Assembly (NCBI GenBank): GCA_038087875.1
Contig: CM075991.1
Coordinates: forward strand, 12,650,001-12,714,000
Origin: Malacoraja senta
Lineage: Eukaryota
Reading direction: 5' to 3'
DNA length: 64,000 nucleotides
A program made the translations under genes and the position numbers. Positions 35,700-50,307 of this stretch are shown in pieces (positions within the stretch are counted from its first letter, which is position 1; each line of letters opens with the position of its first letter). The notes below the pieces were generated by a model that worked only from the letters and a program-made list of their open reading frames with translations, had not been told where the DNA came from and ran no database searches.

Positions 35700-35871
35700 C
35701 CTTCAAGATCTATGCCCGGTTACCCCAGCTCCCCCATCTCGGGCAACCCAACTCCGCCCATGACTCCTGGAAGCAGCATTCCTCCTTACATGTCACCAAC
35801 CCAGGATGTCAAATCACCCTTTCTACCCGACATCAAGCCCAACCTGAACAGTCTCCCGCCTCCCCCCGTGT
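35700..35871 (+). CDS. ZMIZ2: ZMIZ2 coding exon
   Basis: [52 protein letters not shown] (ZMIZ2-type residues); gcag/gtgagt. Confidence 0.95.
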
Positions 35872-36011
35872 GTGAGTACCAGCTTCTATCTTACAATCAC
35901 GCACTAACACGGGTACAACCTGGACTAAGCCTCGCACAGCAACTGCAAGAAGATTGGTGATCAGGCTTAACTCGAGTAAATAGCAAGAGTAAACAAGAGT
36001 GCAGCACAAAT

Positions 36012-36475
36012 GCGCAGCGGTAGAGTTGCTGCCTCACAGCACCAGAGACCCGGGTTTGACCTGACTACGGGTGCTGTCTGTACAGAGTTTGTACCTTCTC
36101 CCCTTGACCGAGTGAGATTTCCCCGGGTGCTCCAGTTTTCTCCCACACTCCAAAGACGTGCAAGTTTGTAGGTTAATTGGCTTGGTATAAGTGTAAATTA
36201 TCCCTAGTGATTTTGTCTTTTTGGAAGGAATTCTGTCCCTGATTTGTGTATTGGTCTTTATAACTTATTTTTTAAATTCTGATTATATGTTTCCTATAAA
36301 TCTCTGTAAGGTGTCCTTGAGACCTCGGTATAAGGCGCCCGTAAATAAAATTCATTATTATTATTATTATTAGTGTGCATCGGATAGTTCTAATGTGCGG
36401 GGATCGCTGGTCGGTACAGACTCGGGCCGAAGCGTCTGTTTCTGCGCTGTATCTCTAAACTGAACTAAAACTACA
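36012..36475 (+). mobile_element. HE1-like SINE interrupted by a LINE-tail insertion (~36210-36370)
   Basis: SINE halves rejoin at a duplicated tagtg; insert ends in (att)n. Confidence 0.75.
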
Positions 36476-37014
36476 CTAAGAAGGGAAGTAGTAATGGTAG
36501 AAGTCATCTTAGTTTTAGAAATGGAGAAAGCAGAGGCTTTTACCCTTTGTTGGAGGAGGAGCAGGTGCAAGATGTTTGAAGACAGTTCTCCATGGAAGCT
36601 GCCTGAGTCATCCCTACCTCCGGAATAATATCGGAGGAGGCGGGCGAGGTTGAAAAGCGGACATTGGACTTCTGATGCATGAAGCTGCCGTGCAGTAAGC
36701 ACTGTGCTTAGTTCCCTTTGGATAATGTGAACAGTACCAGGAGGAACAGCTTGACATGGTGGGGATACACACAACAAGTTGGAGTAACTCAGCGGGACAG
36801 GCAGCATCTCTGGAGAGAAGGAATGGATGACGTTTCGGGTCGAGACCCTTCCTCAGACTGAAGAAGGGCCTCGACCCGAAAAGTCACCCATTCCTTCTCC
36901 AGAGATGCAGCCCGTCCTGTCCTGCTGAGTTATTCCAGCTTTTTGTGTCTATCTTGGGTTTAAAGCATCATCTGCAGTTCATTTAACACAGCGAATTTTG
37001 ATGTGAAAACGTAA

Positions 37015-37206
<192 letters not shown>

Positions 37207-37224
37207 TGAGTCAAGTCAGGTCCA

Positions 37225-37665
37225 TTTTATTTCTATAACACATTTAAAAACAACTCTCGTTGACCAAAGTGCTTTACATCAGTGCCGGTACTAACATGCT
37301 ACAAACAGTGGTACATAGATCAACAATACATACATAAATACATACATACAGCGCTCCCTCAGAGGACCTCAAGAAAGGCTTGAAAGTAGAAATAAGTTTT
37401 AAGTCTAGACTTAAGAGAGTCGATGGAGGGGGCAGTTCTGATGGGAAGAGGTATGCTGTTCCATAGTCTAGGAGCTGCAACATCAAAAGCGCGGTCGCCC
37501 CTGAGCTTATGCCTAGACCGCGGGATGGTCAGTAACCCCAAGTCGGCCGATCTGAGGGACCTGGAGGTGGTGTGGTGGGTAAGCAGATTTTTGATGTAGG
37601 TGGGGGAAAGCCTGTTAAGGGGTTTGTAAACATAAAGAAGGAGCTTGAAATTGATTCGGACAACA
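37225..37665 (-). mobile_element. L2 LINE 3' fragment
   Basis: RINFKLLLYVYK...SRSLRSAD...GDRAFDVAAPRLWNSIP...KSRLKTY. Confidence 0.88.
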
Positions 37666-38169
37666 ACCGTGGCCATTCAAGGACGTTCCTTTAGGAAGGA
37701 GATGAGGAGGAATTTCTTTGGTCAGAGGGTAGTTAATCTGTGGAATTTATTGCCACAGACGGCTGTGGAGGCCAAGTCAGTGGATATTTTTAAGGCAGAG
37801 ATAGATGGATTCTTGATTAGTACGGGTGTCAGGGGTTGGGGTTAGGAGGGAGAGATAGATCAGCCATGATTGGGTGGCATAGACTTGATGGGCCGAATGA
37901 CCTAATTTACTCCTGTCACTTATGACCTTATGATCATCCCACACGCTAAATAATAATAATAATATTACTGGTTGATTATTAATGGAGAAATCAGCCTTTT
38001 GCACATAGTTGTTGTGGGGGGGGGGGGGGGGAGGGAGTAAGGTTAATTTTGGACTGACTCAGAGGCACTAAAATTCACAAAGGAGCCCCATGGGCAGGAC
38101 AAGGGAAGTAAACAGAGCAGGAAGTACACTGCAACGATCCTTGTGGCTGGCGCTCCATATGATGCCATA

Positions 38170-38512
38170 CGATAGGACTTTATTTATCCCGAGAGGAAAA
38201 TTGGGAAAACACAACAGGATACACGAAACATGAAATTAAAGTGACGAGTGGGCAGTCCAGGATTGGGGATGTGCAAAGATTGGGATGGGGGGGGGGGGGG
38301 TCAGTCTACCCAACAACAGAATGGGGAGAAGTTGTACAGTTTGATAGCCACAGGGAAGAAGGATCTCCTGTGGAGTTCTGTACTGCATCTGGGTGGAACC
38401 AGTCTGTTGCTGAAGGTACTCCTCAGGTTGACCAGTTTGTCATGGAGGGGGTGAGCTGTATTGTCTGAGATGCTCCGCAGTTTAAGGAGCATCCTCCCCT
38501 CCAAGACCCACC
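38170..38512 (-). mobile_element. Rex1/Babar-clade LINE 3' fragment
   Basis: SISDNTAHPLH...RSTFSNRLVPPRCSTELHRRSFFPVAIKLYN. Confidence 0.8.
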
Positions 38513-38534
38513 TCTAGTGAATCCTATTCCGCCC

Positions 38535-38935
38535 CCAGCACTGTGTGAAACGTCACCTATCCATGTTCTCCACAGATGCTGCCTGACCCGCTGAGTTATT
38601 CCAGCACTCTGTGAAACGTCACCTATCCATGTTCTCCACAGATGCTGCCTGACCCGCTGAGTTACTCCAGCACTCTGTGAAACGTCACCTATCCATGTTC
38701 CAGCAGCATCTATGGAGCGAAGGAAATAGGCAACGTTTCGGCCCGAAACCCTTCCGGGTTTCGGCCCAAAACGTTGCCTATTTCCTTCAGGGTTTCTGCC
38801 CGAAAGGTTGCCCATTTCCTTCGCTCCACAGATGCTGCCTGACCCGCTGAGTTACTCCAGCACTCTGTGAAACGTCACCTATCCATGTTCTCCACAGATG
38901 CTGCCTGACCCGCTGAGTTACTCCAGCACTCTGTG
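38535..38935. repeat. Tandem ~66 bp unit array with palindromic insert (inverted relative to 16845-17400)
   Basis: Minus-strand translation matches the + translation of the 16.9 kb array. Confidence 0.85.
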
Positions 38936-39366
38936 TATCTCGCTCGTTGAGACTTGTTGCACTTTGCAACTTCCCGGAAGCAACACCTGTCCAGTTTGCT
39001 GGAATCGCTCGGAAATCATGTTTACGCACTGCCAGTGACTGACTTAAACGTATAATAGAAGAGATACTATGGTCTCTTCTTGAACAGCTCCAAATATGAA
39101 TACACCCTCGGGGCAACTTTATTTCATGCTGTGATATTTCCCAATGCTGAATTCACTGTATTTCACGTCTAATCAAAAGTCACATATAACCACATTTGCA
39201 ATCTCCAATGGCTAGTTCATTTCTGTGAAAGGAACCCAGACAGACCAGCTGTACGTTGTACTCATGAAATTAATTTCCCAAAGTGATTTATGATTAATCT
39301 TCATCATAAGGCGATTGGTTGGTCCGTCCTTTGCAGCGGAGAAATAAAGACATTCTTTATCGTGTT

Positions 39367-40000
39367 ATAGAAACATAGAAAGTAGGTGCAGGAGTAGGCC
39401 ATTCGGCCCTTCGAGCCTCCCTCTTAAATATAGCCAATGAACTGGCCTCAACTGCTTTCTGTGGCACAGAATTCCACAGATTCACCACTCTGTGAAATTT
39501 CTTTTTCTCATCTCGGTCCTAAAAGACTTCCCCCTTATCCTTAAACTGTGACCCCTTGTTCTGGACTTCCCCAACATCGGGAACAATCTTCTTGCATCTA
39601 GCCTGTCCAACCCCTTAAGAATTTTGTAAGTTTCTATAAGATCCCCCCTCAATCTTCTAAATTCTAGAGTACAAGCCGAGTCTATCCAGTCTTTCTTCAT
39701 ATGAAAGTCCTGCCATCCGAGGAATCACTCTGGTGAACCTTCTCTGTACTCCCTCTATGGCAAGAATGTCTTTCCTCAGATTAGGAGACCAAAACTGTAC
39801 GCAATACTCCAGGTGTGGTCTCACCAAGACCCTGTACAACTGCAGTAGAACCTCCCTGCTCCTATACTCAAATCCTTTTGCTATGAATGCTAACATACCA
39901 TTCACCTTCTTCACTGCCTGCTGCACCTGCATGCCTACTTTCAATGACTGGTGTACCATGACACCCAGGTCTCGTTGCATCTCCCCTTTTCCTAATCGGA
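39367..40000 (-). mobile_element. CR1 LINE ORF2 3' fragment
   Basis: QRDLGVMVHQSLKVGMQVQQAVKK...LVRPHLEYCVQFWSP. Confidence 0.92.
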
Positions 40001-41187
40001 CATAATTGTCCCTAATATGTAACTTTATCTTGCACAGTGCAACATGTTTTAAATATATTGTTTTCTGTGTGCAAGTCCATTCCAAATATTGATGCCACTG
40101 TGCAGATTGTGTGGGTCTTGAGAGGTTTACGCCAACATTAGGGTCCAGGAGGAGGTGGGCAACATTGGTGAGGCAGTGTTTTACGGCCAGTGAAGTGAAG
40201 CCTGGCTTGGATCTCATTACTGCACTGAATGTTCTTCTGGTTTGAGTTAGGGCTGTTTTTTTGCTGCATTGCAGTCCTGGTGATGGGCTCATTATACAAG
40301 CAAGGGCTAAGTATTGAATTAGCTGAATAATCAAAAATGACACAGAGGTACATCTCCGGGTGTGGGGGTTGATGCCATTTTCTATATTTCTGGCATACCG
40401 CAGCAGCGAGCCAGTCATCCACGAGCTCTTTCTGCAAAACTGCACACTAGTTTGACACTAACAAGACAGGAACTGAATGTATTAAAATCTCTGAGTTTGA
40501 ATTACGAATCGCAGATTAATTCACTTGCAAACTCCTGCCGTTTACTGCTGCCAACACATCCAGGAATATCTTCAGTGCTCTCGTGTTTATTTGTGCCAAT
40601 TTTTTTCTCCCCGTCCTTCAAGAAGTTAACATAATAGTTTAGACTCTCAGCTGAGGACCATTCTTAATTAGGTTCTTTATTTGGAAGTCTAGAATATTAA
40701 TGTGTGGGAAGGAACTGCAGATGCAGGTTTAAATCGAATCTACATCACAGTCTGTGCCTCCCTTTCCCCTGACTCTAGTCTGTAGAAGGGTCTCGACCCG
40801 AAACATCACCTATTCCTTCTCTCCAGAGATGCTGCCTGACCCGCTGAGTTACTCCAGCACTCTGTGAAACGTCACCTATCCATGTTCTCCACAGATGCTG
40901 CCTGACCCGCTGAGTTACTCCAGCATTTTGTGTCTATCTTCAGTATATAGGTGTTGCTGGATCTAGTGTGGGTGTGTGGTTTTTAACACATGGAATGTTT
41001 GATGCTGACATCAGGAACTTGGAATAAAAAATGCTCTATTCCTTGTCCGGGCATCTGTATGTTGATGGATTGGCAATTCTCAAGTATAAGTTTTTTTAAA
41101 GTAAAACCAATATGACTCTAAATAGAAATAAGAGATGGTTACATCTAGAGTGTGTTCATTTGCTAATCTTTCTGATTTCAGAATTAA

Positions 41188-42100
<913 letters not shown>

Positions 42101-42382
42101 TAGAGGGCCAGGCTGGTCTAATTCTGCTCCCAATTGCTGCAAGAGGGGAACTAAACATGTCTGCCTTGATTTGGTGCTGGGCTGATGTGGAAGTCGCCTC
42201 ATTTGAACGAGCCAGAAAGGGTTATGGATAAACTAGGAAATAGTTGTTATTGCATTCAGGAAAAGGTTCCACTTTCAATCATGCAGCTCTAAAATAGACA
42301 TGTGATTGAATCCAATCCCCATTGAACCAGCTGTATGTAATTCTGCTCGTGTTAACTGAAGCTCATTCTCTTTATCTTACAG

Positions 42383-42488
42383 TCACATCTATTTGTGCTC
42401 CAGTTGGTGCACAGGCCGTCAGTGCGGTCAGTATTACAAGGCCTCCTGAAGAAGAGACTTCTACCTGCAGAGCACTGTATAACTAAAA
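42383..42488 (+). CDS. ZMIZ2: ZMIZ2 coding exon
   Basis: [35 protein letters not shown]; tacag/gtgagt. Confidence 0.97.
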
Positions 42489-42554
42489 GTGAGTCATTCT
42501 CGGGTCCATGATCACTTCTGAAGGGGTCAGCATGCTGTTAAGAATGTTTTTGTT

Positions 42555-42873
42555 TAGTTTAGAGATACAGCGTGGAAACACTGTCCACTGTAGTTTAGAG
42601 ATACAGCCTAGTCCGCACCGACCAGCGATCCCCGCACACTAACACTATCCTACACACACACACTAGGGACAATTTACATTTACACCAAGCCAATTAACCT
42701 ACAAACCTGCACGTCTTTGGGGTGTGGGAGGAAACCGAAGATCTCGGAGAAAACCCACGCGGGTCACGGGGAGAACGTACAAACTCCGTACAGACAGCAC
42801 CCATAGTTGGCATCGAACCCGGGTCTCTGGCGCTGTGAGGCAGCAACTCTACCGCTGCGCCACCGTGCCGCCC
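42555..42873 (-). mobile_element. HE1-like SINE
   Basis: Reverse complement of the consensus head, V-domain and tail. Confidence 0.88.
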
Positions 42874-43635
42874 AATTTTTCAAGACCAGAATAATCATCT
42901 GTAGGAAATAGCCATTGGCTCCTAAAATCCCCTGATCTCTTTATTCCACAGAACAACGATCCCTAAGATAAGTGGATTTGGTGGGTTTTGGCCACTAAGT
43001 TTCCTCTCGTGTGTAGGTGATTGATAGACTTGTGGGGGGGGGGGGGGGTGAGGGGAGAATGAAATGGGATTTGCATCAATCGGGAACTGATGGTTGGGGT
43101 GGGCCAACGCGTCTGTTTCAGAGCAATGTGACTTTTTCACACAGAGAGTTGTGAATCTGTGGAATTCATTGCCTCGGAAGGCAGTGGAGGCCGATTCTCT
43201 GGATGCTTTCAAGAGAGAGCTAGATAGATCTCTTAAAGATAGCGGAGTCAAGGGATATGGGGAGAAGGCAGGAACGGGGTACTGATTGTGGATGATCAGC
43301 CATGATCACATTGAATGGCGGTGCTGGCTCAAAGGGCTGAATGGCCTACTCCTGCACCTATTGTCTATTGTTTATTGACTATCATTTTAATTATTCTCTC
43401 TTCCCTCCAAAAACTACCCTGAACTCGTTTATATTATCCACCCCACTCTTATTCTGCAGCAATTTATCTTTCATTTATTTAATTTAATACTTCACATGTT
43501 TAAAATTCCTATTGACATCTTCAAACTTACTGATTTTTTAGCTTTCCATTTGAGTATCTTCAGTATTGCTTGGATTACAGTTTTACATTGCTCAGCACAA
43601 GAGACACATGAAAGCATCTCAACGGTCTTCAAGTT

Positions 43636-44068
43636 ATCTCTGGAGAAAAGGAATGGGTGACGTTTCGGGTCAAGACCCTTCTTCAGACAGAGTCGGGGGG
43701 GAAAGGGGAACAAGAAATATAGACGGTGATATAGAGAGATATACAGAACAAATGAATGAAAGATATGCAAAAATTAACGATGATAACGGAAATAGGCCAT
43801 TGTTATCTGTAAGTAGACAAAAATGCTGGAGAAACTCAGCGGGTGAGGAGGTGAGGAGCGAAGGAATAGATGATGTTTCGGGTCGAGACACTTCTTCAGA
43901 CTGATCTGAATGTTATCAGATTGTTAGCTGTGGGCTCGGTGAAAAGTTACAATGAGACGCAACAAGACGGCTTTGAAGCTGGTTCGACTTGGTTGGGGGC
44001 GGCAAGGAGAGAGAGGGGATGCAAGGGTTACTTGAAGTTGGAGAAATCAATATTCATACCGCTGGGTT
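43636..44068 (-). mobile_element. Penelope-like 3' fragment with hammerhead-like core
   Basis: PSGMNIDFSNFK-type terminus at ~44025-44068; core at 43686-43659. Confidence 0.7.
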
Positions 44069-44325
44069 GCTTTAGTATTTATCTGGCTGGTGCAGAAAGA
44101 TGTCCTAGTGGGTGGATGTTAAAGATGGGTTCTTTGATGGCTAATTGGTTGCTCACTGCTGTGAAAATGAATCATTGCCCCGTATTAGCATGAATATCAC
44201 CTGGTTGATGCAAAGAAGTACTACAAAACTGCAAGCAAGTGACAAGTTGTATCTGCTGTTATTTATTCTTCAGAATCCAAGTAGTTTGAACACTATTTTT
44301 ATGTTTATTTTTTCCCATGTATCAG

Positions 44326-44486
44326 TTAAACGGAATTTCAACAGCGGTGCGGTGTCTTCCGGTAACCCGGGACTGAATGGGGAGGATGGTGTAGAACAGA
44401 CAGCAATTAAAGTCTCATTAAAATGTCCGATTACGTTCAGACGAATCCAACTTCCGGCTCGAGGTCACGACTGTAAACACATACAG
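44326..44486 (+). CDS. ZMIZ2: ZMIZ2 coding exon (start of SP-RING/MIZ finger)
   Basis: KRNFNSG...[36 protein letters not shown]; cag/gtgagt. Confidence 0.97.
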
Positions 44487-44600
44487 GTGAGTAGAACCTG
44501 TTAATTGGACAAAGAGAGTTGTGAAATCCAAAACAAAAAAAGATAGGAGACTACAAAATAAGAGATAAAGTACGAATCAGATCTTTGTGGGTAGAGTCAC

Positions 44601-44845
44601 AAAGGTACACAAAAATGCTGGAAGAAACTCAGCAGGTGCAGCAGCATCTATGGAGCGAAGGAAATAGGCAACGTTTCGGGCCGAAACCCTTCTTCAGACC
44701 CTTCTTCTTCTTGAGTCTGAAGAAGGGTTTCGGCCCGAAACGTTGCCTATTTCCTTCGCTCCATAGATGCTGCTGCACCTGCTGAGTTTCTCCAGCATTT
44801 TTGTCTACCTTTGATTTTCCAGAATCTGCAGTTCCTTCTTAAACA
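44601..44845. repeat. Near-perfect inverted repeat (~99 bp arms) of Penelope-derived terminal repeat
   Basis: 44601-44699 versus 44715-44812. Confidence 0.9.
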
Positions 44846-45257
44846 AAAATCTTGTTTGCACTCTATGGTTTAATGTTTGGGAAACCAGGTTAAACACACA
44901 CAGAAATAGAGCTCATGAGCTGTGAGCACTGAGGGCCCTGACCATTAGTCAACTTCTGCCCATATAAATAACCAGAGAATTCGGATCGAGATACAAAGAA
45001 CTGCAGATGCTGGTTTACAAAGAATCACAGTGCTGGAGTAACTCAGCGGGTCAGGCAGCATCTGTGGAGAACATGGATAGGTGATATTTGGGGTTGAGAT
45101 CTCCTGACTGATGGGGGTGGGTGTGTGGGTGGGGGTGGGGGGGAGATACATATAAGGCACAAAGAGAATTCAGGTGGTTTATTTTGCCACTCACTGCTGG
45201 CTATCTTGTTTAACTTGAAAAAATATATCATAAGTAATTGTATTCACAGTTTAATGA

Positions 45258-45728
45258 GTCATAGAATCACACTGCGTGGAAACAGGCCCTTCGGCCCACC
45301 TTGCCTACACTGGCCAACATGTCCCAGCAACACTAGTCCCACCTGCCCGCGTTTGGTCCATATCCCTCTAAACCTGTCCTATCCATGTACCTGTCTAATT
45401 GTTTCTTAAACGTTGCAATAGTCCCTACCTCAACTACCTCCTCTGGCAGCTTGTTCCATACACCCACCACCCTTTGTGTGAAAAAGTTATTAAATCTTTC
45501 CTCCTTCGCCTTATACCTATGTCCTCTGGTTCTCGATTCCTCTACTCAGGGCAAGAGACTCTGTGCGTCTACCCAATCTATTCCTCTCATTATTTTATAC
45601 ACCTCTATAAGATTACCTCTCATTCTCTGCGCTCCATGGAATAGAGTTCTAGCCTGCTCAACCTCTCCCTGTAGCTCGGACCTTTGAGTCCTGGCTACAT
45701 CCTCGTAAATCTTCTCTGCACCCTTTCC
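45258..45728 (-). mobile_element. CR1 LINE 3' fragment
   Basis: RGNLIEVYKIMRGID motif and tail. Confidence 0.8.
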
Positions 45729-45827
45729 AATGGTACCTGGATGCAACTAAGTGTCCAGCATGCATGCATCTAACGTGAGTGTCACCTTAAAACTATCTAA
45801 CAAGAAATGGCATCTTCTACAGAATAA

Positions 45828-45917
<90 letters not shown>

Positions 45918-47616
45918 TGAGTAACCTCTTCCCTTGTTCTGTGGGAAGATATTGTACAACAACTGTCCATGCAAAAACATTTACATTTGACAGTTAATTA
46001 TGTTTCAAAAAGACGTTCAATAACCTTCCCTTTTCTGTCTCATTGGGAATTTCTAGAGTGCATAACATTTTTGTTGTATTTTAGCTTTGTCCATGACTAA
46101 TGATACTTAGTGGGACTATCATAGCTGGCCCAGACTTGCCCTTGATACCTGCACACCCCATGGGTCACCACATAACAGTCAGTCTCGGACAACCCTTATT
46201 TTTATTAGGTAGACAAAAATGCTGGAGAAACTCAGCGGGTGAGGCAGCATCTATGGAGCGAAGGAAATAGGCTACGTTTCGGTCCGAACCCCTTCTTCAG
46301 ACTGATCCTATCCATTATTTTTATTAACCTGATGTCATGGTTTTGTAATGATGAATGGCCTACTCCTGCACCTATTGTTTATTGTTTCAGCCGTGTGGTT
46401 TGGCCTAAGATTGACACAAAAAGCTGGAGTGACTCAGCCGGTCAGACAGCAGCTCTGGAGAAAAGCTCTGGTGACGGTTTAGGTTGAGACCCTTCTTTAG
46501 ACTTTGCCTGTTGGCGTAGCGTAGGTACGATGTGCCACTGAATTTAGTGAACCCTATGAAGCAACAGGGGAGGGAAGAATGAACTGCGATTGAGCTGTCG
46601 CAGATATGGACTCATTGTCCTTCCTCAACACTGATTAGGCCAAACTGCGCAGCCATGGCCAAGGATGTGTCCCCAGCTACAGGCTGATCGTAGCAAGTCC
46701 TTGCACTCGCCAACCCATGGAAGCCTGAAGGGAGCATTTTGAGGGCCAGAGATAAGCCAACTTCATTCATTCATTCATTGGATGCCTGCTTTTATTGACC
46801 ATCCCTAACTCCAGAAGCGAATGGTGTGCTATCTTCTTGATCTACGGCAATATCACTCAATCAATCAATCCATGTAGTGACTTGGGAAATAAAGATGTAA
46901 CAGGAAGGGGTGAATATTGACCAGTCGGGGTGACACAAGAGATTGCATTGACTGGAATCGTGAGCAAACTGCAACTGTAGGTGGAGCACGAGATATGTTT
47001 ACTCTGGCAGAGCTCAGTGGGTGGAGGCGAATGAAGAGATGACATTCTGGTTCAACACCCTACATCAGTGTAAAGGGTTCTGACCTGAAATACACCTACT
47101 GCCCATTACCCTCCCTAGCTGCTGCCTGACCTGCTGATTTGTTCCAGCACTTTGTTTTTTTTGCTCGGGACAGTGTGTGTGATTTGGGGAGAAACCTGCA
47201 GTTGATGAGTTCCTCCCCACAGATGCTGCCTGACTCCCTGAGGTCTTTTTGAAGCTTGTTTTTTGCTCCAGATTCCAGCCTCTTGTGTCTCTTGGTCTTT
47301 GTCATCTCCTCTATATATAGTGCCAGGCCCCTCATAATGCATGACTATGATGGTGGTTCATAGGGGGAGGGGGAGGGGGAGGGGGGTGGGAGACTGCAAC
47401 CTTCACGTGGTCCACCCTGTTTCGACTAATGCAATCAACCCGATGTGCACAAACAAGATCAAATAGAACAAGTTGACCTGCAACTTTAGCTGTGCCCGCC
47501 TTACGCAAGAAGAAGCTAGTGGGAGGGCGAGCTTGGAACGATTAATCCCAGAGCAGTATATTAATTTGATGTTACAAGCTGCACAGCCTTATTAACTTTT
47601 GTCTTTATTTCTACAG

Positions 47617-47685
47617 TAAAGCTGCTCTGCTGGAGGGGCTGGAAGTCGACCAGTATATGTGGGGCATCTTGGCTGCCATTCAAAA
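47617..47685 (+). CDS. ZMIZ2: ZMIZ2 coding exon
   Basis: [22 protein letters not shown]; tacag/gtaagt. Confidence 0.96.
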
Positions 47686-48531
47686 GTAAGTTTTGATTGT
47701 AGCCTAGACATGTTTCTTTATTATGGAGGTGTGGATGCCACTACAGCCACAAGGAATAGTAGCTGGAACAGCTCATATGGTCGTCCAATCCTGCATTCGG
47801 CTGTGTGATTCTGGTCATTGTCTACCCTATCCCCAAAACGTTACTTTCCTGCACAAGCTCCATGTTGTTTGATTTCCCTAAAGATCAAAAATCCACTTTA
47901 AACATACCGAACAATCTTAGTGGTCAAGAAATCCAAATGAAGACATTTCTGCTCATCCCACTCCTAGCAAAGATTGACTGAATGGAAACATTTTAAATTT
48001 GAGGAAGAATAGGACAGAATATGAATCTATTCCCAGACTTTGACGAACAGGGAAGTCTGATAAAAAGAGAATTTCTACCTATTTTGATGTAAAAATTGAG
48101 CAGTGACAACAAATTTTCCTCACAATCTGCTCTTCAGATTTTTGCACTAAAGCTGTATGGTACGTAGTATTTTAAAGCAATATGAGCAAATGGACATTTA
48201 CCATTAATAAGTCAGGAATAGTGGATTCTATACTCTGGGATTGGAACCCTGAGGATTTTTAATTAGCTAAGCAATGAGTGAAAGGATGGTAAGATTTTAT
48301 TATGCATTATGAACGCCTGGATACAACAACTCGCATTTCCACGGCACAGATAATATATTTGGAATGTCCTAACCTTTATCAAAATTCAGCACAAAAATAG
48401 GAATCAGAACAAATGGTCGAAAGCTCGGGCAAAATTGTATGTTTTAAAGAGCTGCTTAATGGAAGTGAATGGTACGAACACAACAAGCTGAAAATACTCG
48501 AATAGGAAAATGTTCTGTTTAATTTTGCCAG

Positions 48532-48770
48532 CACGGAGTTCGAGGAAGTTACGATCGACCCTACATGCAGCTGGAGGCCGGTACCAGTGAAGTCGGACAT
48601 CCACTTAAAGGATGACCCTGATGGCCCCGTGGCCAAAAGGTGCAAGACCATGAGTCCCAGTCAGATGATCATGCCCAACGTGGTAGACATGATTGCAGCC
48701 CTCGGTCCTGGAACATCTTATCCGTCACTGCCACCAGGGGGCAACAGTAACAGCGACTACACTCACCAGA
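48532..48770 (+). CDS. ZMIZ2: ZMIZ2 coding exon
   Basis: [50 protein letters not shown]...; ccag/gtaagt. Confidence 0.96.
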
Positions 48771-49135
48771 GTAAGTACATATATCTGCACCTATAGATCC
48801 CAAATATAACCTTGATCTTTGAAACTCTTGCTCTTTATACTTTCTTTTACTTTGTAATCTCTAGTTTCCCCATTGATGCAATTGTTTTACATTACTACTT
48901 TCTATAACTCAAGGTTTCTTAGGGAAGACTGATAATATGGACTGTAAAACGTATGTAGTTGCAAGCTATATTGAAGTGTGTAACAGGTGTGAAGTATTGA
49001 TTCATACAGGCCTCTATTTCAGGCAAGAGCAGGTTTAAAGCTGACTGAAGCATGTGGTATAAAGTTACAGTGCATTTGGTTAAGTGTGCTTTTCCAGGCA
49101 AGAGCTGGTGAAATTTTACTTTCTATTTTGAACAG

Positions 49136-49296
49136 ATTCGGTTTATTCTGGGCAGGGGAACTTTCCCGATTTTCCACATGGCAATTCTACCAACGCACCT
49201 ATTAACGAGTTTATGCATGGGCCACCCGTCACCTATCCATCAGACATCCCTAATATGACTCCCGACAAACCCCTTGGACACTCCATGTCAGATCAG
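49136..49296 (+). CDS. ZMIZ2: ZMIZ2 coding exon
   Basis: SVYSGQGNFPDFPHGN...EFMHGPP...DKPLGHSMSDQ; aacag/gtgagt; phase consistent. Confidence 0.9.
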
Positions 49297-49739
49297 GTGA
49301 GTCTTTGCATCTTAGTGTCTTGTGTATTAGTTAGCTGTCCCCTTTGACATTAGTTGCCAAGAAAGTTAAACAGCCACTTAAGGAGTCGGAGACAATCCTC
49401 CACAGAAACTTCATATGGTAGGATGCAGATGCTGGTTTAAACCATTTCTGAAGAAACGTCACCTATTCCTTTCCTCCAGAGATGCTGCCTGACCCGCTGA
49501 GTTACTACAGTTTATTGTGAGTTACCTTATATGGTACTTTGACCACTTAGAAATATCAAAACTCATTATTGTCAATGTGGAATTTATTGTTCTTAAAATG
49601 GTTTTAGAAAGTTGATTAATAAAAAAAGCAACCTGCAATCTTATTTCTTGATTTTTCTTTTACCTGCCTCAGGAGATTACTTACTAAATAAATAGTGATG
49701 TCGATACCTTCAGGTATATAGGGATATACCTGATATATA

Positions 49740-50140
49740 TAATAATAATAATAATAATAAATTTTATTTATGGGCGCCTTTCAAAAGTCTCAAGGACACC
49801 TTACAAAGTTTAACAAAGTGTAGAAACATGTAAGCGGAATGAAATAAATAGTAAAGACATCACGAGTACAGAAATTAAAGCCAGAATTCAATCCAAAAAC
49901 AAAAATCAAAAAACACAATATGGAAGAGAGAGCAGCGGCTGCTAAAACGCGCCAGCGTCCACTCTCCCCTCCGGCAGCCATCTTGGACACAAAATAAAAT
50001 ATCATTTACAGACAAAAATCATCCCCCCACAATGATTACCACTGTGGGGGAAGGCACAATGTCCAGTCCCCAACCACAGTTCACCCAAAGTCAGGCCTAT
50101 TGAGGCCTCCACAGTTGCTTCTACGGAGGCTCGATGTATG
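49740..50140 (-). mobile_element. LINE 3' UTR fragment with (att)n tail
   Basis: aaggtgtccttgagac...aaggcgccc.taaataaaat-(att)n tail shared with the 36300-36370 insert. Confidence 0.6.
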
Positions 50141-50307
50141 TATATGTATATAGGCAGCAAATTTAAATGGGTGCAACTGACATTGTGGAGAAATATTTAT
50201 GATGATATAATGCATACTATGCTCTGGATCGTGTACAACGTCATGTAAAGCAATGTCTGGCTTATTTTCCCCGTGTTTTCAATTGCAAGTCAGTTGACTG
50301 GGCGTTA

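Noticed and set aside
39657..40445. 262-aa minus-strand ORF as a host gene
   Set aside because: The C-terminal half is CR1 ORF2; the N-terminal half appears to be chance read-through
49098..49107. Micro-exon or alternative acceptor ttttccag-GCAAGAGCTG-gt
   Set aside because: Would break the reading frame and leave an implausibly short intron before 49136
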